This document shows positions 18,425-28,589 of a DNA stretch of 64,000 nt, piece by piece. Position 1 is the first letter of the stretch. Each line of letters starts with the position of its first letter. The DNA comes from Spirochaetota bacterium (lineage in GTDB: Bacteria; Spirochaetota; UBA4802; JAFGDQ01). The DNA is taken from the NCBI GenBank assembly GCA_043803405.1, contig JAZDKB010000043.1:38829-102828 (forward strand), written 5' to 3'. A program made the translations under genes and the position numbers. Below the pieces are notes generated by a model, which was not told the origin of the DNA, ran no database searches, and saw only the letters and a list, made by a program, of their open reading frames with translations.

Positions 18425-20438
18425 GTTTACTTTTGTCGAAGATGAACTCTCTCACTCCGATGAAAATGCCCCTGTAAATTTTTTTAAAAACCGAATTAAA
18501 AAAATTGAATTACTTAAAGGAAAGTCCTTATCCCTTATAATCATAATATCATCAGTAGTTATCGCGATTGCACTTGTACTTGTTTTAATTAATTTTTTTT
18601 ATAAAAAGCCGCAAATTTTTAAACCTGCAGAACAAAGCAATATTCTTTCGTTTACCGAAAAAAAAGACATCCCTTCCGGCAAAACTTCAAACGTAAAACT
18701 AGAGAAAGGAAAAGAAAATTATTCCAGGGGATATTACACCAACGCTATCACATATTTCAATGAAGTGGTTGAATCCGATGCGTCTAATGCTGAGAAAGCA
18801 ATTGCTTTAACTTATATTGGTATAATTCACGACGACAGGAGCAATTATAGTAAAGCGATCGAGTATTACCAGAGGGCTCTGAAATACGATGATAAGAACG
18901 CGATCATATACAGAAATATGGCTATTGCCTACAGACATTTAAACGACTATGATTCGGCAGCAAAGACAATAAAGAAAGGCCTTGATATTGATCCGAATAA
19001 TATACAGAATCTCATTCTTTACGGAAATATTTTATACGAGCAGGGGAATTATAAAGACGCTATTTCCGTATATGAAGATGCGTTAAAGATAAATAATGAC
19101 CCTGTTGCTTATCATAATTTAGCGCTTGCTCATATTAAGACAGGGAAGGAGTCCCTGGCAATGGATTATCTTTTAAAAGCCGGCGCTGCGGATAAGGTTG
19201 GAAATGTTGCCCATCTGGCATATTCCAAACTTGGCGTAATTTACATTGAGAGAAAGGATTTTGAATCTGCGGAAAAATATCTTAAAATGGCTGAATCCTT
19301 AAATCCGCGGGACCCCGTTGTCAGTTACAACCTTGGGATAGCATATCTTAAAATGAAGCAGCCGGATAAAGCCATCGTTGAATTTAAAAAGGCTGAGGAA
19401 TTCGGCAAGAACGATGAAAACCTGCTGGAAAATCTGGGGGAGACTTACTTTAGTTTAAATGATTATGATAAAAGCATTGAAGCATTTAGTAAACTGCTTA
19501 TTACAAACAAGCGCAACATAAAAATTCTTTCACGGCTTGCGGAGGTTTATCACGAGAAGGGAGAGCCGAGGGAAGCCCTGGAGCTTTACAAACAGATTAC
19601 CGTGCTTGAACCTGCTACGGAAAATGCACGGGTCGCTTACGCGAATATGGGTAACATACTTGACGATCTGGGCAGGCCGGATGAAGCTATTGAGATGTAT
19701 AACAGTGCTCTTGCAATAAACGAAGATGACGACACGACTCTTTACAACATGGGTATTGTGTATAAAAACGCCGGCAAGCTTGAGTTCGCGGTTAAGTCAT
19801 GGCGCAGGGCATCGGAACTGAATGCGGATGCGCCAAAGCCTTTAATGGCAATTGCGGGCATATATGAAGAAAAAAATTTTTACGATCTGGCTATAGAACA
19901 ATATCAAAAGATTATTAAACGCTGGGACAATATGCAGGAAGCTCATTTTAATCTTGGAGTCCTTTATTATAAAAAGAATCTTACGGATTATGCTAAGGAA
20001 GAATTTAAAAAAGTAATTGAACTCAATAAAAACAACGAGCTTGCTGCAAAGGCATACACAAATCTTGGGGTAATAATCAGTAAAAACGCTGGCAGCAATG
20101 AAAACTCATTTGATGAAGCGCAGGGTTATATTCAGAAAGCTCTGCTGCAAAAACCGAATGATGCTGAAGCTCTCATTACGCTCGGCTCTATTTATTTTAA
20201 GAAAGGTATGCTTGAAAAGGCAATCGATACATTCAACATGGCGATTTCATCAACGAGGGATCCAAAAATTCTTGCTGAAGCTTACAATAATATCGGAAAA
20301 TCTTATCACAGGAAGGGGCTTTATAAGAACGCGTTGACTGCTTTTACGCATGGCATTGACCAGGATCCTACTATGGAAGAAATCAGGATAAACCGCAAGG
20401 TGTCCATGCAGGCTTATGAAGAAGAATTGCGCAGATAA
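18402..20438 (+). CDS. Membrane-anchored tetratricopeptide repeat protein
   Basis: N-terminal TM segment followed by many TPR repeats (AY.NLG..Y). Confidence 0.9.
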   Translation: MFRKRKNRFTFVEDELSHSDENAPVNFFKNRIKKIELLKGKSLSLIIIISSVVIAIALVLVLINFFYKKPQIFKPAEQSNILSFTEKKDIPSGKTSNVKLEKGKENYSRGYYTNAITYFNEVVESDASNAEKAIALTYIGIIHDDRSNYSKAIEYYQRALKYDDKNAIIYRNMAIAYRHLNDYDSAAKTIKKGLDIDPNNIQNLILYGNILYEQGNYKDAISVYEDALKINNDPVAYHNLALAHIKTGKESLAMDYLLKAGAADKVGNVAHLAYSKLGVIYIERKDFESAEKYLKMAESLNPRDPVVSYNLGIAYLKMKQPDKAIVEFKKAEEFGKNDENLLENLGETYFSLNDYDKSIEAFSKLLITNKRNIKILSRLAEVYHEKGEPREALELYKQITVLEPATENARVAYANMGNILDDLGRPDEAIEMYNSALAINEDDDTTLYNMGIVYKNAGKLEFAVKSWRRASELNADAPKPLMAIAGIYEEKNFYDLAIEQYQKIIKRWDNMQEAHFNLGVLYYKKNLTDYAKEEFKKVIELNKNNELAAKAYTNLGVIISKNAGSNENSFDEAQGYIQKALLQKPNDAEALITLGSIYFKKGMLEKAIDTFNMAISSTRDPKILAEAYNNIGKSYHRKGLYKNALTAFTHGIDQDPTMEEIRINRKVSMQAYEEELRR

Positions 20439-20504
20439 AAAAGCCTGTAGCATTACTCAATTCTTTTTGCTCCCGGTTAAAAATTACACAACAGATAATA
20501 CTTT

Positions 20505-20981
20505 ATGCCGCAAATAGCTCTTCTTAAAGAATACCCTGATTACGCGCCTGTGCTTGCGTTCTGGGCATTCAGGGAATGGTATATGGAAAGGGCTATCAGC
20601 TTTGATCTGCTTATCAAGGCATATAAAGAAAGGGTCAATGATTCTAATCTGCCTATTTCACTGATTGCCATTGAAGACAAAATTCCGGTCGGTATGATTT
20701 CCCTGAAGGAGAACGACATCTGGTCAAGAAAAGATCTGAATCCGTGGCTCTCGTCGCTTTTTGTTCTTCCGGAATACCGCAGGCGCGGGATCGGCTCTTT
20801 GCTTATAGAGCACTTAATACACAGGGCAAAACATCTTAAATATCATACATTATTTCTTTTTACTGAATGTGAGAATGGTTTTCTTGAAAATTATTATGCC
20901 AAAAAAAGCTGGGAATTTCTCGAAAAAGCAAAAGGAAACGATAATAATTTTATTAAAATATATAATAATAATTTAAGTTGA
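20505..20981 (+). CDS. GNAT family N-acetyltransferase
   Basis: PWLSSLFVLPEYRRRGIGSLLI acetyl-CoA motif A. Confidence 0.9.
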   Translation: MPQIALLKEYPDYAPVLAFWAFREWYMERAISFDLLIKAYKERVNDSNLPISLIAIEDKIPVGMISLKENDIWSRKDLNPWLSSLFVLPEYRRRGIGSLLIEHLIHRAKHLKYHTLFLFTECENGFLENYYAKKSWEFLEKAKGNDNNFIKIYNNNLS

Positions 20982-21166
20982 CTTTTTCATCTTTGATTTT
21001 TATATGTGCATTCAACTTTCTGAACTGAGTGCAAACGACTGTAATTTTAACTTGATTTTGAAAAAAATTCTGTTAAAATTAACTCTGCCGGTATATTTTT
21101 TGTTTTTTTGTTTGACAGATACGGCATAATGAATATTTTTGCGTCTTGTGTGTAAAATAATCTCAT

Positions 21167-21239
21167 GAGTCGCTAGCTCAGTCGGTAGAGCAACTGCCTT
21201 TTAAGCAGTGGGTCGGGAGTTCAATTCTCCCGCGACTCA
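21167..21239 (+). tRNA. tRNA-Lys(TTT)
   Basis: Acceptor GAGTCGC/GCGACTC, D-arm TAGCTCAGTCGGTAGAGC, anticodon arm ACTGC-CTTTTAA-GCAGT, T-loop TTCAATT; CCA not encoded. Confidence 0.95.
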
Positions 21240-21279
21240 AAGCATAAATTTTTTTATTTAATATGCGTTTTTAACATTT

Positions 21280-21352
21280 GTCCCCGTCGTCTAGGGGTCT
21301 AGGACATCGGGTTTTCATCTCGACAACAGGGGTTCAAATCCCCTCGGGGATG
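21280..21352 (+). tRNA. tRNA-Glu(TTC)
   Basis: Acceptor GTCCCCG/CGGGGAT, anticodon arm TCGGG-TTTTCAT-CTCGA, T-loop TTCAAAT. Confidence 0.95.
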
Positions 21353-21363
21353 CATACAGCATC

Positions 21364-21396
21364 AAAAAAACTCAACCTATAGGGTTGAGTTTTTTT
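21364..21396 (+). terminator. Rho-independent terminator after the tRNA pair
   Basis: AAAAAAACTCAACC-TATAG-GGTTGAGTTTTTTT. Confidence 0.85.
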
Positions 21397-21569
21397 ATTG
21401 AAAAAATTCATTAACATACTGAAAATCATTATAAGCAATTTGCATTATTTTTTTTAGCCAAACCAATCATTTGTTTTGCTGTCGCGTCGTATGAGGCTGA
21501 AGGCAGAAGCCGGCTTAAAGATTCTTTTTTTTACTTGAACTGGCTGTTTAATATATGTATGCTTAATTT

Positions 21570-23348
21570 ATGAAACAAAAGCACACATATAACCTTGGAG
21601 TAGTAGGCAACTGCTCTATGCTCGCATACATCGACATGAGTGCGAATGTAAAATGGATGTGTCTGCCGAGGTTCGACAGCAGTTTTATTTTCGGATCCCT
21701 TCTCGACGAAAAAAAAGGCGGAGAATTCAGCATAACTCCTTTTAATAAAAAGTTTAAATCCAGACAATATTATTTAAAAAATACCAATATTCTTGCGACT
21801 GAATTCAGTTTAGCCGAAGGCAGTTTTAGGGTCATCGATTTCGCGCCCCGCTTTTATCAGTATGATCGTTATTTTCGTCCGACAACACTTTTCCGTAAAA
21901 TAGAACTTTTATCGGGCAATCCTTATATCGTTGTGAAATGCCATCCTGTAGGCGAATACGGAGAAACACAGCCCGAAATCGTTTCAGGGAACAGTCATCT
22001 GCGTTTTTTACATCTTTCAAGTCATGTTAGACTCACAACAGATATTTCTCTTTCATATATCCTTAATGAAAAACCATTTGCCCTTACCGAAACCAAATAC
22101 ATTGCTTTCAGCTACGGAGTGCCTGTAGAAGCTCCTCTCGCGGAAACAACCCAGATATTTTTTGAAAAAACAATGAGATACTGGATGCACTGGGTAAAAC
22201 AAACAACCGCACCCCTTTTGTTTCAGGAACAGGTTATTCGATCTGCGCTTATATTAAAGCTGCATCAATACGAAGATACAGGTGCAATCATTGCTTCAGG
22301 GACTACAAGCCTGCCTGAATATCCCGGATCAAAGCGGACATGGGATTACCGATATTGCTGGATGAGAGATACTTACTATACACTTAACGCGTTCAATAAT
22401 ATCGGCCATTTTGAAGAGCTTGAAAAATATTTTCAATTTATACGGAATATTATTTTAACTGAACCAAAGAGTATTAAACCGCTGTATACTCTTATCGGAG
22501 AACCTGTTCCTGAAGTGGAAATACTGCCTTTAGAAGGATATATGGGAGAAAAACCTGTTAGGATAGGAAATGATGCGATAAAACAGGTGCAGAACGATGT
22601 ATATGGTCAAATACTTGTGAGCCTTCTTCCTCTCTTTATTGATAAAAGGCTGAATCATCTGGATGATAATGTTACACGGCATTTGACTGAATGGCTGACA
22701 GGGAAAATATCCGAATACATGGACCAGCCGGATTCAGGCTTGTGGGAATTCAGCGAAACCGTTCACTATTACTGTAATACATATCTATTTCACTGGGCCG
22801 GAGGAAAAGCCGCTGAAAAGATCGGCATTTATTTAAAAGACAGCAATATAATTAATAAGGCACAAAAGCTGGCTGAAGATGCGAAGAAATATATTGAAAG
22901 ATGTTATAATTCTAAGAAGAAGGCCTATTCACAGTCAACAGGAGGAAGCGTTCTTGATGCAAGCAGCCTTCAGCTTATTACAATGAAGTATCTTGACCAG
23001 AAAAGTGACAAAGCAGAAAAGCATCTTAAAGCACTCGAAAGGGAGTTGTTTCACGGAAAAGGCGAGTATTTCCGCTATTTGCAGGACGACATCGGGAGGA
23101 CAAATACATCTTTTATAATATGTGGTTTCTGGTACGCAGAAGCGTTAATTACTACAGGCCATCTTGACAGGGCATATTCGATTATTGAAAATTTAATAAA
23201 TTGTTCAAACCATCTTGCGCTTTTAAGCGAGGATGCAGAGCATGACGGTTCGCAGTGGGGAAATTTTCCCCAGACTTACAGTCATGTGGGATTAATAAAT
23301 GCTGTTTGTAAACTTTCTCAAAAAACAGACAATCCGGTATTTTTATAG
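21570..23348 (+). CDS. Glycoside hydrolase family 15 (trehalase/glucoamylase-like)
   Basis: WMCLPRFDS, TTSLPE, WDYRYCWMRD, GLWE, GNFPQTYSHVG. Confidence 0.93.
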   Translation: MKQKHTYNLGVVGNCSMLAYIDMSANVKWMCLPRFDSSFIFGSLLDEKKGGEFSITPFNKKFKSRQYYLKNTNILATEFSLAEGSFRVIDFAPRFYQYDRYFRPTTLFRKIELLSGNPYIVVKCHPVGEYGETQPEIVSGNSHLRFLHLSSHVRLTTDISLSYILNEKPFALTETKYIAFSYGVPVEAPLAETTQIFFEKTMRYWMHWVKQTTAPLLFQEQVIRSALILKLHQYEDTGAIIASGTTSLPEYPGSKRTWDYRYCWMRDTYYTLNAFNNIGHFEELEKYFQFIRNIILTEPKSIKPLYTLIGEPVPEVEILPLEGYMGEKPVRIGNDAIKQVQNDVYGQILVSLLPLFIDKRLNHLDDNVTRHLTEWLTGKISEYMDQPDSGLWEFSETVHYYCNTYLFHWAGGKAAEKIGIYLKDSNIINKAQKLAEDAKKYIERCYNSKKKAYSQSTGGSVLDASSLQLITMKYLDQKSDKAEKHLKALERELFHGKGEYFRYLQDDIGRTNTSFIICGFWYAEALITTGHLDRAYSIIENLINCSNHLALLSEDAEHDGSQWGNFPQTYSHVGLINAVCKLSQKTDNPVFL

Positions 23349-23392
23349 CTGATTTAAATATAAAAAATTTAACGCACGTATGAGGATTCATC

Positions 23393-24976
23393 ATGAAAGA
23401 TTTTCTTGAGAAATCGTTAAAAGTAATCCTTGAAGCATCAAAGACCGCAGCGGAAAAAACCGAACTTGCTAATTCCTTCCCGGATATCGCATCGCAGCAA
23501 ACTCTTGTTTCACTTGTCGAATCTAAGCTTAAAAACCGGAAACTTATACTTGCATCTAACAGGGAACCCTATGTCCATATATATAAAGGCGAAAATATAT
23601 CATGGTTTCGCTCTGCCGGAGGTTTGTCCGTAGCGCTGGATTCAATGGCTTCAGCCTGTAACGCAACCTGGGTTTGCCATGGCGACGGCAATGCGGATTT
23701 TAAAATGACCGACAGTAAGGGTGAAGTAAAGGTCCCGCCGGATAATCCTAAATATACTTTGAAAAGGATAAGGCTGTCTAAACAGGAAGTCGCGGAATAC
23801 TATGAAGGGTTTTCGAATGAAACCTTGTGGCCTCTCTGCCACGTAAGTTATGTAAGGCCGAAATTTATATATAAATACTGGTTAACTTACCAGGAAGTAA
23901 ACAGGAAATTTGCAAAAGCTATTCTTGAAGTAGCGACTTCCGACAGCATAGTATTTTTGCAGGATTATCATCTTTGCCTTGTTGCCAAATATCTAAAAGA
24001 AGAAATCCCGAATTTGACAACAGTGCTGTTCTGGCATATCCCATGGCCTAATCCTGAAATATTCAGGATTTGCCCATGGAAAAATGATATCCTTGAAGGT
24101 CTGCTTGCAAACGATATAATAGGATTTCACCTGAAATATCATGCCGATAATTTTCTTGAAACTGTGGATCAGGAACTTGAGTCGCGCATTGACAGGGAAA
24201 GAATGCATATTGAAAAGAATCTGAGGCGTACAAGGATAAAAGCATATCCGATATCAATTGATTTTAAATCTATTTTTTTACAGGCAGAAGATTCCAAAAT
24301 CAAGGAAACTTATACTCAGAAAATGACCGAGTTAAGGCTAAAAAATGTTAAAATAGGGCTGGGGGTTGACAGGCTGGATTACACAAAAGGGATCCCTGAA
24401 CGTCTTGATGCAATTGAAAGGATGTTCGAAAAATATCCCGAACATGTAGGAAAGTTTACTTATGTTCAGATTGGCGTCCCAAGCCGGACACACATAGAAG
24501 ATTATCAGTATGTAGTGAACGCGATTGAAACAAAAATATTACAAATAAATGAGAAATACAGAACCGATGAATGGGAGCCTGTAATATTTTTAAAGGGTCA
24601 GTATGATTTTGATGTTCTTGTCCCTTTCTATAAAATGGCGGATGTTTGCATAGTAAGTTCGCTTCATGATGGGATGAATCTTGTAGCAAAAGAATTTATA
24701 GCTGCATCCAGCAATGACCGCGGGGTGCTTGTGCTTTCAAGCTTTACAGGGGCCGCACGGGAGCTTGAACACGCATTGCTTATTAATCCATACGATACTG
24801 AATCATTTGCAGATATACTGAATACAGCTCTTACCATGCCATACGAGGAGCAGAAAATGAGGATTGCCCGTATGAGGTTAAGAGTAGCAGAAAATAACAT
24901 TTATACATGGGCTCAAAAAATTCTGAATGATGTAGTTATGCTGGCTGAGGATAATGCCGAAACTCTGCAGCGATAA
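23393..24976 (+). CDS. otsA: Trehalose-6-phosphate synthase
   Basis: SNREPY, AGGL, LWPLCH, QDYHL, HIPWP, DRLDYTKGI, DGMNLVAKEF. Confidence 0.95.
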   Translation: MKDFLEKSLKVILEASKTAAEKTELANSFPDIASQQTLVSLVESKLKNRKLILASNREPYVHIYKGENISWFRSAGGLSVALDSMASACNATWVCHGDGNADFKMTDSKGEVKVPPDNPKYTLKRIRLSKQEVAEYYEGFSNETLWPLCHVSYVRPKFIYKYWLTYQEVNRKFAKAILEVATSDSIVFLQDYHLCLVAKYLKEEIPNLTTVLFWHIPWPNPEIFRICPWKNDILEGLLANDIIGFHLKYHADNFLETVDQELESRIDRERMHIEKNLRRTRIKAYPISIDFKSIFLQAEDSKIKETYTQKMTELRLKNVKIGLGVDRLDYTKGIPERLDAIERMFEKYPEHVGKFTYVQIGVPSRTHIEDYQYVVNAIETKILQINEKYRTDEWEPVIFLKGQYDFDVLVPFYKMADVCIVSSLHDGMNLVAKEFIAASSNDRGVLVLSSFTGAARELEHALLINPYDTESFADILNTALTMPYEEQKMRIARMRLRVAENNIYTWAQKILNDVVMLAEDNAETLQR

Positions 24977-24978
24977 AA

Positions 24979-25782
24979 TTGAATAGAATAATGACTGAAT
25001 ACCTTTTTACATCTGATGCTTTAAATAAAGTAATTGAATCGCTGAGGATAAAGCCAAGAATACTTGCCTTTGATTTTGACGGAACACTGGTTCCTATTGC
25101 GGATTCGCCGGCAGGAGTCGTATTGCCCGTAAAACTGCCATATCTTTTAAAAAATCTGTCCGGGGACAAAGATACTGTTGTTTCAGTTATAAGCGGACGA
25201 AGCGTTCCGGAACTTGAAAGGATAATCGGGATACCGTCTATTATCTATTTCGGCAATCACGGGATTACATCCTCAATTGAGGAATTCGCGGCAAGCAAAG
25301 CGGATTTGCAAAAATGGTCGCAGGAAGCTTTTAAGATTTATCAAAACCTATCATATCTTGAACAAAAATATAATGGATGTTTGATTGAAAACAAAGGGCC
25401 AGTTGTTTCAGTACATTATCGTAAAGTCGATGCTGCTATAATAGAGTCATTGCTTTTTGAAGTGGGAAAGATCGTTTCGGCATTTGATTTCAAAATTCAG
25501 AGCGGTAAAATGGTGTATGAATTAAAGCCGATGACCGGTTTTTCAAAAGGAACCGCACTTTTAAAACTCGCGACAAGCTCATTTGCCGGCTGGAGAAGAG
25601 GTGATCCATTTTTATTTGCGGGTGATGATTTTACAGATGAAGACGGATTTAAGGTCATAAAAGACTTTGGAGTAAAAGCATACGGATTAAAAATAGGAGA
25701 TGGAGAGACAACTGCGGACTATAGATTGTATGATGGCGAGATTTTAAAATTAATTGAAATGATTTTACAGGAGGAGTTATGA
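24979..25782 (+). CDS. otsB: Trehalose-6-phosphate phosphatase (HAD)
   Basis: FDFDGTLVPI, ISGR, GNHG, KGTAL, GDDFTDEDGF. Confidence 0.93.
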   Translation: MNRIMTEYLFTSDALNKVIESLRIKPRILAFDFDGTLVPIADSPAGVVLPVKLPYLLKNLSGDKDTVVSVISGRSVPELERIIGIPSIIYFGNHGITSSIEEFAASKADLQKWSQEAFKIYQNLSYLEQKYNGCLIENKGPVVSVHYRKVDAAIIESLLFEVGKIVSAFDFKIQSGKMVYELKPMTGFSKGTALLKLATSSFAGWRRGDPFLFAGDDFTDEDGFKVIKDFGVKAYGLKIGDGETTADYRLYDGEILKLIEMILQEEL

Positions 25783-26477
25783 ACTTTTCATTTGATTCGA
25801 TACTCGAGCCTCTGCGTTCAGTAGCTAACGACTTGTTATCATTCCTTCCGAAAATTATTGCAGCTGTGGCTGTTTTAATTGTGGGGTTTATTACATCATG
25901 GGCTTTAAAAAAATTGACACTTCTTGTATGTAAAGCTCTTAAACTCGATAAAAAACTTTCGGATATCTGGATTTTCCGGCTCTGGTCAAGAAATAATATT
26001 AAGCATTTGCCCTCTGAAGCTTTATCCAATTTTATTTATTACTTTTTTTTATTTGTTTCCGCTCTGCTTGTTGTAAAGATTCTGGGCGGCAAAACAAGCG
26101 AGATGATACTTGATTCCATGTTTGTAATAATACCCGGCGTTTTCAGTTTTATGCTTGTTCTTTTTCTGGGGTCGCTTCTGGCCATGTTTTTATCTTTTGT
26201 TGCACAAATTATGTTCACTACATCCAATATTAAGTACCCGTCATTCTGGGGAAAAGTGGTAGCATGGAGCATTTTTGGGATCGCCGCTGTAATTTCTCTG
26301 GAACATCTTGGAATAGCCGGCAAACTGCTGTCTTTTATATTTGTGCTTGTACTGTCTATTCTGGGAGTCGCAATCGCTCTTGCTTTCGGACTGGGATGCA
26401 AGGAGCTTGCGCGTGAATTCCTTATTGAATTATTAAAAAAGAATAAAACAGAAAACGAAAAGAAAAAGAAAGAATAA
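25779..26477 (+). CDS. Conserved TM-helix / MscS-associated membrane protein
   Basis: FLPKIIAAVAVLIVG repeat type; ALAFGLGCKELARE C-terminus. Confidence 0.75.
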   Translation: MNFSFDSILEPLRSVANDLLSFLPKIIAAVAVLIVGFITSWALKKLTLLVCKALKLDKKLSDIWIFRLWSRNNIKHLPSEALSNFIYYFFLFVSALLVVKILGGKTSEMILDSMFVIIPGVFSFMLVLFLGSLLAMFLSFVAQIMFTTSNIKYPSFWGKVVAWSIFGIAAVISLEHLGIAGKLLSFIFVLVLSILGVAIALAFGLGCKELAREFLIELLKKNKTENEKKKKE

Positions 26478-26566
26478 AAATCCGGCAAATAAGCAATTGG
26501 GAATGAATATAAGTTGACTTAATTTTAATCCAACAAATAAAAAACAAGAAAAAATCTGAAAAAATC

Positions 26567-26604
26567 TTGACGATTTTTGTATATTTTGCTATATTACCAA
26601 ATAG
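26567..26604 (+). promoter_or_regulatory. hgcA sigma-70 promoter overlapped by a palindromic (ArsR-type) operator
   Basis: TTGACG-N17-TATATT with TG extension; operator TATTTTGCTATATTACCAAATAG at 26582-26604. Confidence 0.7.
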
Positions 26605-26625
26605 ACAAATATAGGGAATTTTTTT

Positions 26626-27819
26626 ATGATACCGATAAAAATTGTTGATGGTCGCAGCGGGAAAAAAAACGTACAATCCTGCTGTGAGAATACTCAAAGC
26701 AGCTGTTCGCAGCCAGTCGATACAAGTACAAAAATTCAACTGCCTTTACATTTTGAAGCTATAGAGAAAAAACCTGAGTGGGTGTTGAGCATGGTTAATA
26801 CGCCTGCAGGACAGATTCCGCTGGTAAGCCCGGAATGGTCGAAGGCAGATCGCCGGGGATGCTTACGTTCGCGGCTCGGAGCTTTCCGCATGAGTTACAG
26901 CATACAGCCGGGCCTGTATGCGATCGGGTCTCCGGATGCCGGTTCGGACGTGTTCGTAAGCGCGAACTACAAACTGAGCTTCGATGTGCTGCGACGCAGT
27001 CTTGACGGATTAAGCGGATGGATTCTTGTGCTCGACACAAAAGGGATTAACGTATGGTGCGCCGCAGGCAAGGGCACTTTCGGTACAAATGAACTTATAA
27101 AGCAAATTATAAATACGGGGCTTGCTAAAATTGTTTCCCACAGAAGAATTATTGTGCCTCAGCTTGGAGCAGTCGGGGTTAAAGCTGCGGAAGTAAAAAA
27201 AGAGACCGGTTTTAATATTCTGTTCGGACCGGTTGATGCAAAAGACATTAAAGAATATCTGAATTTAAAATATAAAGCATACCAGGAAATGAGAAGAGTA
27301 AAATTTTCCGTATTTAAAAGACTTGAGCTTACGCCCATTGAACTGTATCCTGCTCTTAAAAGATTTCTGTGGGCTGCGCTTATAATCCTTTTACTGTTTG
27401 GATTTGAACCAACAGGAATAATATTCCGGACTGCCTGGTTAGAGGGATGGCCATTTCTTTTGCTGTGCTTTGTGAGCATTCTTACAGGCGCATTTATTGC
27501 GCCTGTGCTTCTTCCGTTCATTCCGTTCAGGTCTTTTGCAATAAAGGGAATAATTACAGGATTGACAGCAGCGATACCGCTTGTGTATTTTAGTCCCGTA
27601 TTCGGATATGATTCCGGTTTTGTTAAGGTATCGGCTGTGTTGCTGGCAGCTACCTTATCTTCATATCTGGCTTTGCAGTTTACCGGTGCAACCACATTCA
27701 CAGGTATTTCGGGCGTAAAAAAAGAACTCAAACTGGCTTTGCCGCTTTACATAGCCGGAATAGCTATATCGGTAATTTTAATAGTGATTTATAAAATAAA
27801 ATCCTGGGGTATTATATGA
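26626..27819 (+). CDS. hgcA: Mercury methylation corrinoid protein HgcA
   Basis: Cap-helix motif GINVWCAAGKGTF (Cys codon TGC), PGLYAIG, ANYKLSFD, C-terminal TM domain ending FTGATTFTGISGVKKE. Confidence 0.98.
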   Translation: MIPIKIVDGRSGKKNVQSCCENTQSSCSQPVDTSTKIQLPLHFEAIEKKPEWVLSMVNTPAGQIPLVSPEWSKADRRGCLRSRLGAFRMSYSIQPGLYAIGSPDAGSDVFVSANYKLSFDVLRRSLDGLSGWILVLDTKGINVWCAAGKGTFGTNELIKQIINTGLAKIVSHRRIIVPQLGAVGVKAAEVKKETGFNILFGPVDAKDIKEYLNLKYKAYQEMRRVKFSVFKRLELTPIELYPALKRFLWAALIILLLFGFEPTGIIFRTAWLEGWPFLLLCFVSILTGAFIAPVLLPFIPFRSFAIKGIITGLTAAIPLVYFSPVFGYDSGFVKVSAVLLAATLSSYLALQFTGATTFTGISGVKKELKLALPLYIAGIAISVILIVIYKIKSWGII

Positions 27820-28118
27820 CTTATCTTAAAAGCGTAACAACGCTTGTTTATGATCCCGGAAAATGCACAGGCTGCGGTCGCTGTATTGAAGTTTGCCCGC
27901 GCGAAGTATTCGTGATGCGCGACAAAAAAGCTGCGGTCACAGATAAAGACCGGTGCATGGAATGTGGCGCGTGCGCACTTAACTGCGAATTCGGCGCGAT
28001 TACGGTAAACGCGGGAGTTGGCTGCGCAGCTGCAGTTATCCACAGCATACTTAAAGGCGGAGAGCCCGTATGCGGGTGCAGCAGCGAAAGCAGCGCAGGC
28101 AATGCCTCATGCTGTTAA
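27816..28118 (+). CDS. hgcB: Mercury methylation 2[4Fe-4S] ferredoxin HgcB
   Basis: CTGCGRCIEVCP, CMECGACALNC, GVGCA, Cys-rich tail ending in CC; ATGA overlap with hgcA. Confidence 0.97.
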   Translation: MTYLKSVTTLVYDPGKCTGCGRCIEVCPREVFVMRDKKAAVTDKDRCMECGACALNCEFGAITVNAGVGCAAAVIHSILKGGEPVCGCSSESSAGNASCC

Positions 28119-28130
28119 AGGAATAAAGCT

Positions 28131-28484
28131 ATGGCTACGGGAAAAAAATTACATCCGCAATATGAGGCGCGTGCAAATATAATTAAGGCGATCGGTCATC
28201 CGACAAGGCTTTTTATAATTGAAGAGCTATATAAGGCTGAACATTGCGTTAACGAGCTGACGAAAATGATAGGCTCCGATGTTTCAACTGTGTCCAAGCA
28301 TTTAAGCGTACTTAAGAGCTCAGGGCTTGTAACAGATGAGAAGCGCGGAACAAGCATCTATTATAAACTCCGTACGCGATGCATTATTGATTTTATTGAT
28401 TGTATTGAAACAGTTATTAAAACAAAGGCTGAGGATGACATGCAGATCGTACAGTGCTGCGGGAGAAATTTTAAAATAAAATAG
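28131..28484 (+). CDS. arsR: ArsR/SmtB family transcriptional regulator
   Basis: KAIGHPTRLFII, CVNEL, STVSKHLSVLK, C-terminal CIIDFIDC...CC. Confidence 0.9.
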   Translation: MATGKKLHPQYEARANIIKAIGHPTRLFIIEELYKAEHCVNELTKMIGSDVSTVSKHLSVLKSSGLVTDEKRGTSIYYKLRTRCIIDFIDCIETVIKTKAEDDMQIVQCCGRNFKIK

Positions 28485-28589
28485 AATAAAAAACCGGTTT
28501 TATAATTATTGTAATGTAGTGTTTATGCAATAATACAATAAACAAGCTTATTCATAAGCGAAAACAACAAATTATTAAAGGAGTTTAAT

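Noticed and set aside
21440..21530. Possible c-di-GMP riboswitch upstream of GH15
   Set aside because: No GNRA/receptor pair or conserved GGCAAAC...GACGCAAAGC core.
27049..27072. Selenocysteine variant of the HgcA cap helix
   Set aside because: The codon is TGC (NVWCAAGK), the standard Cys form.
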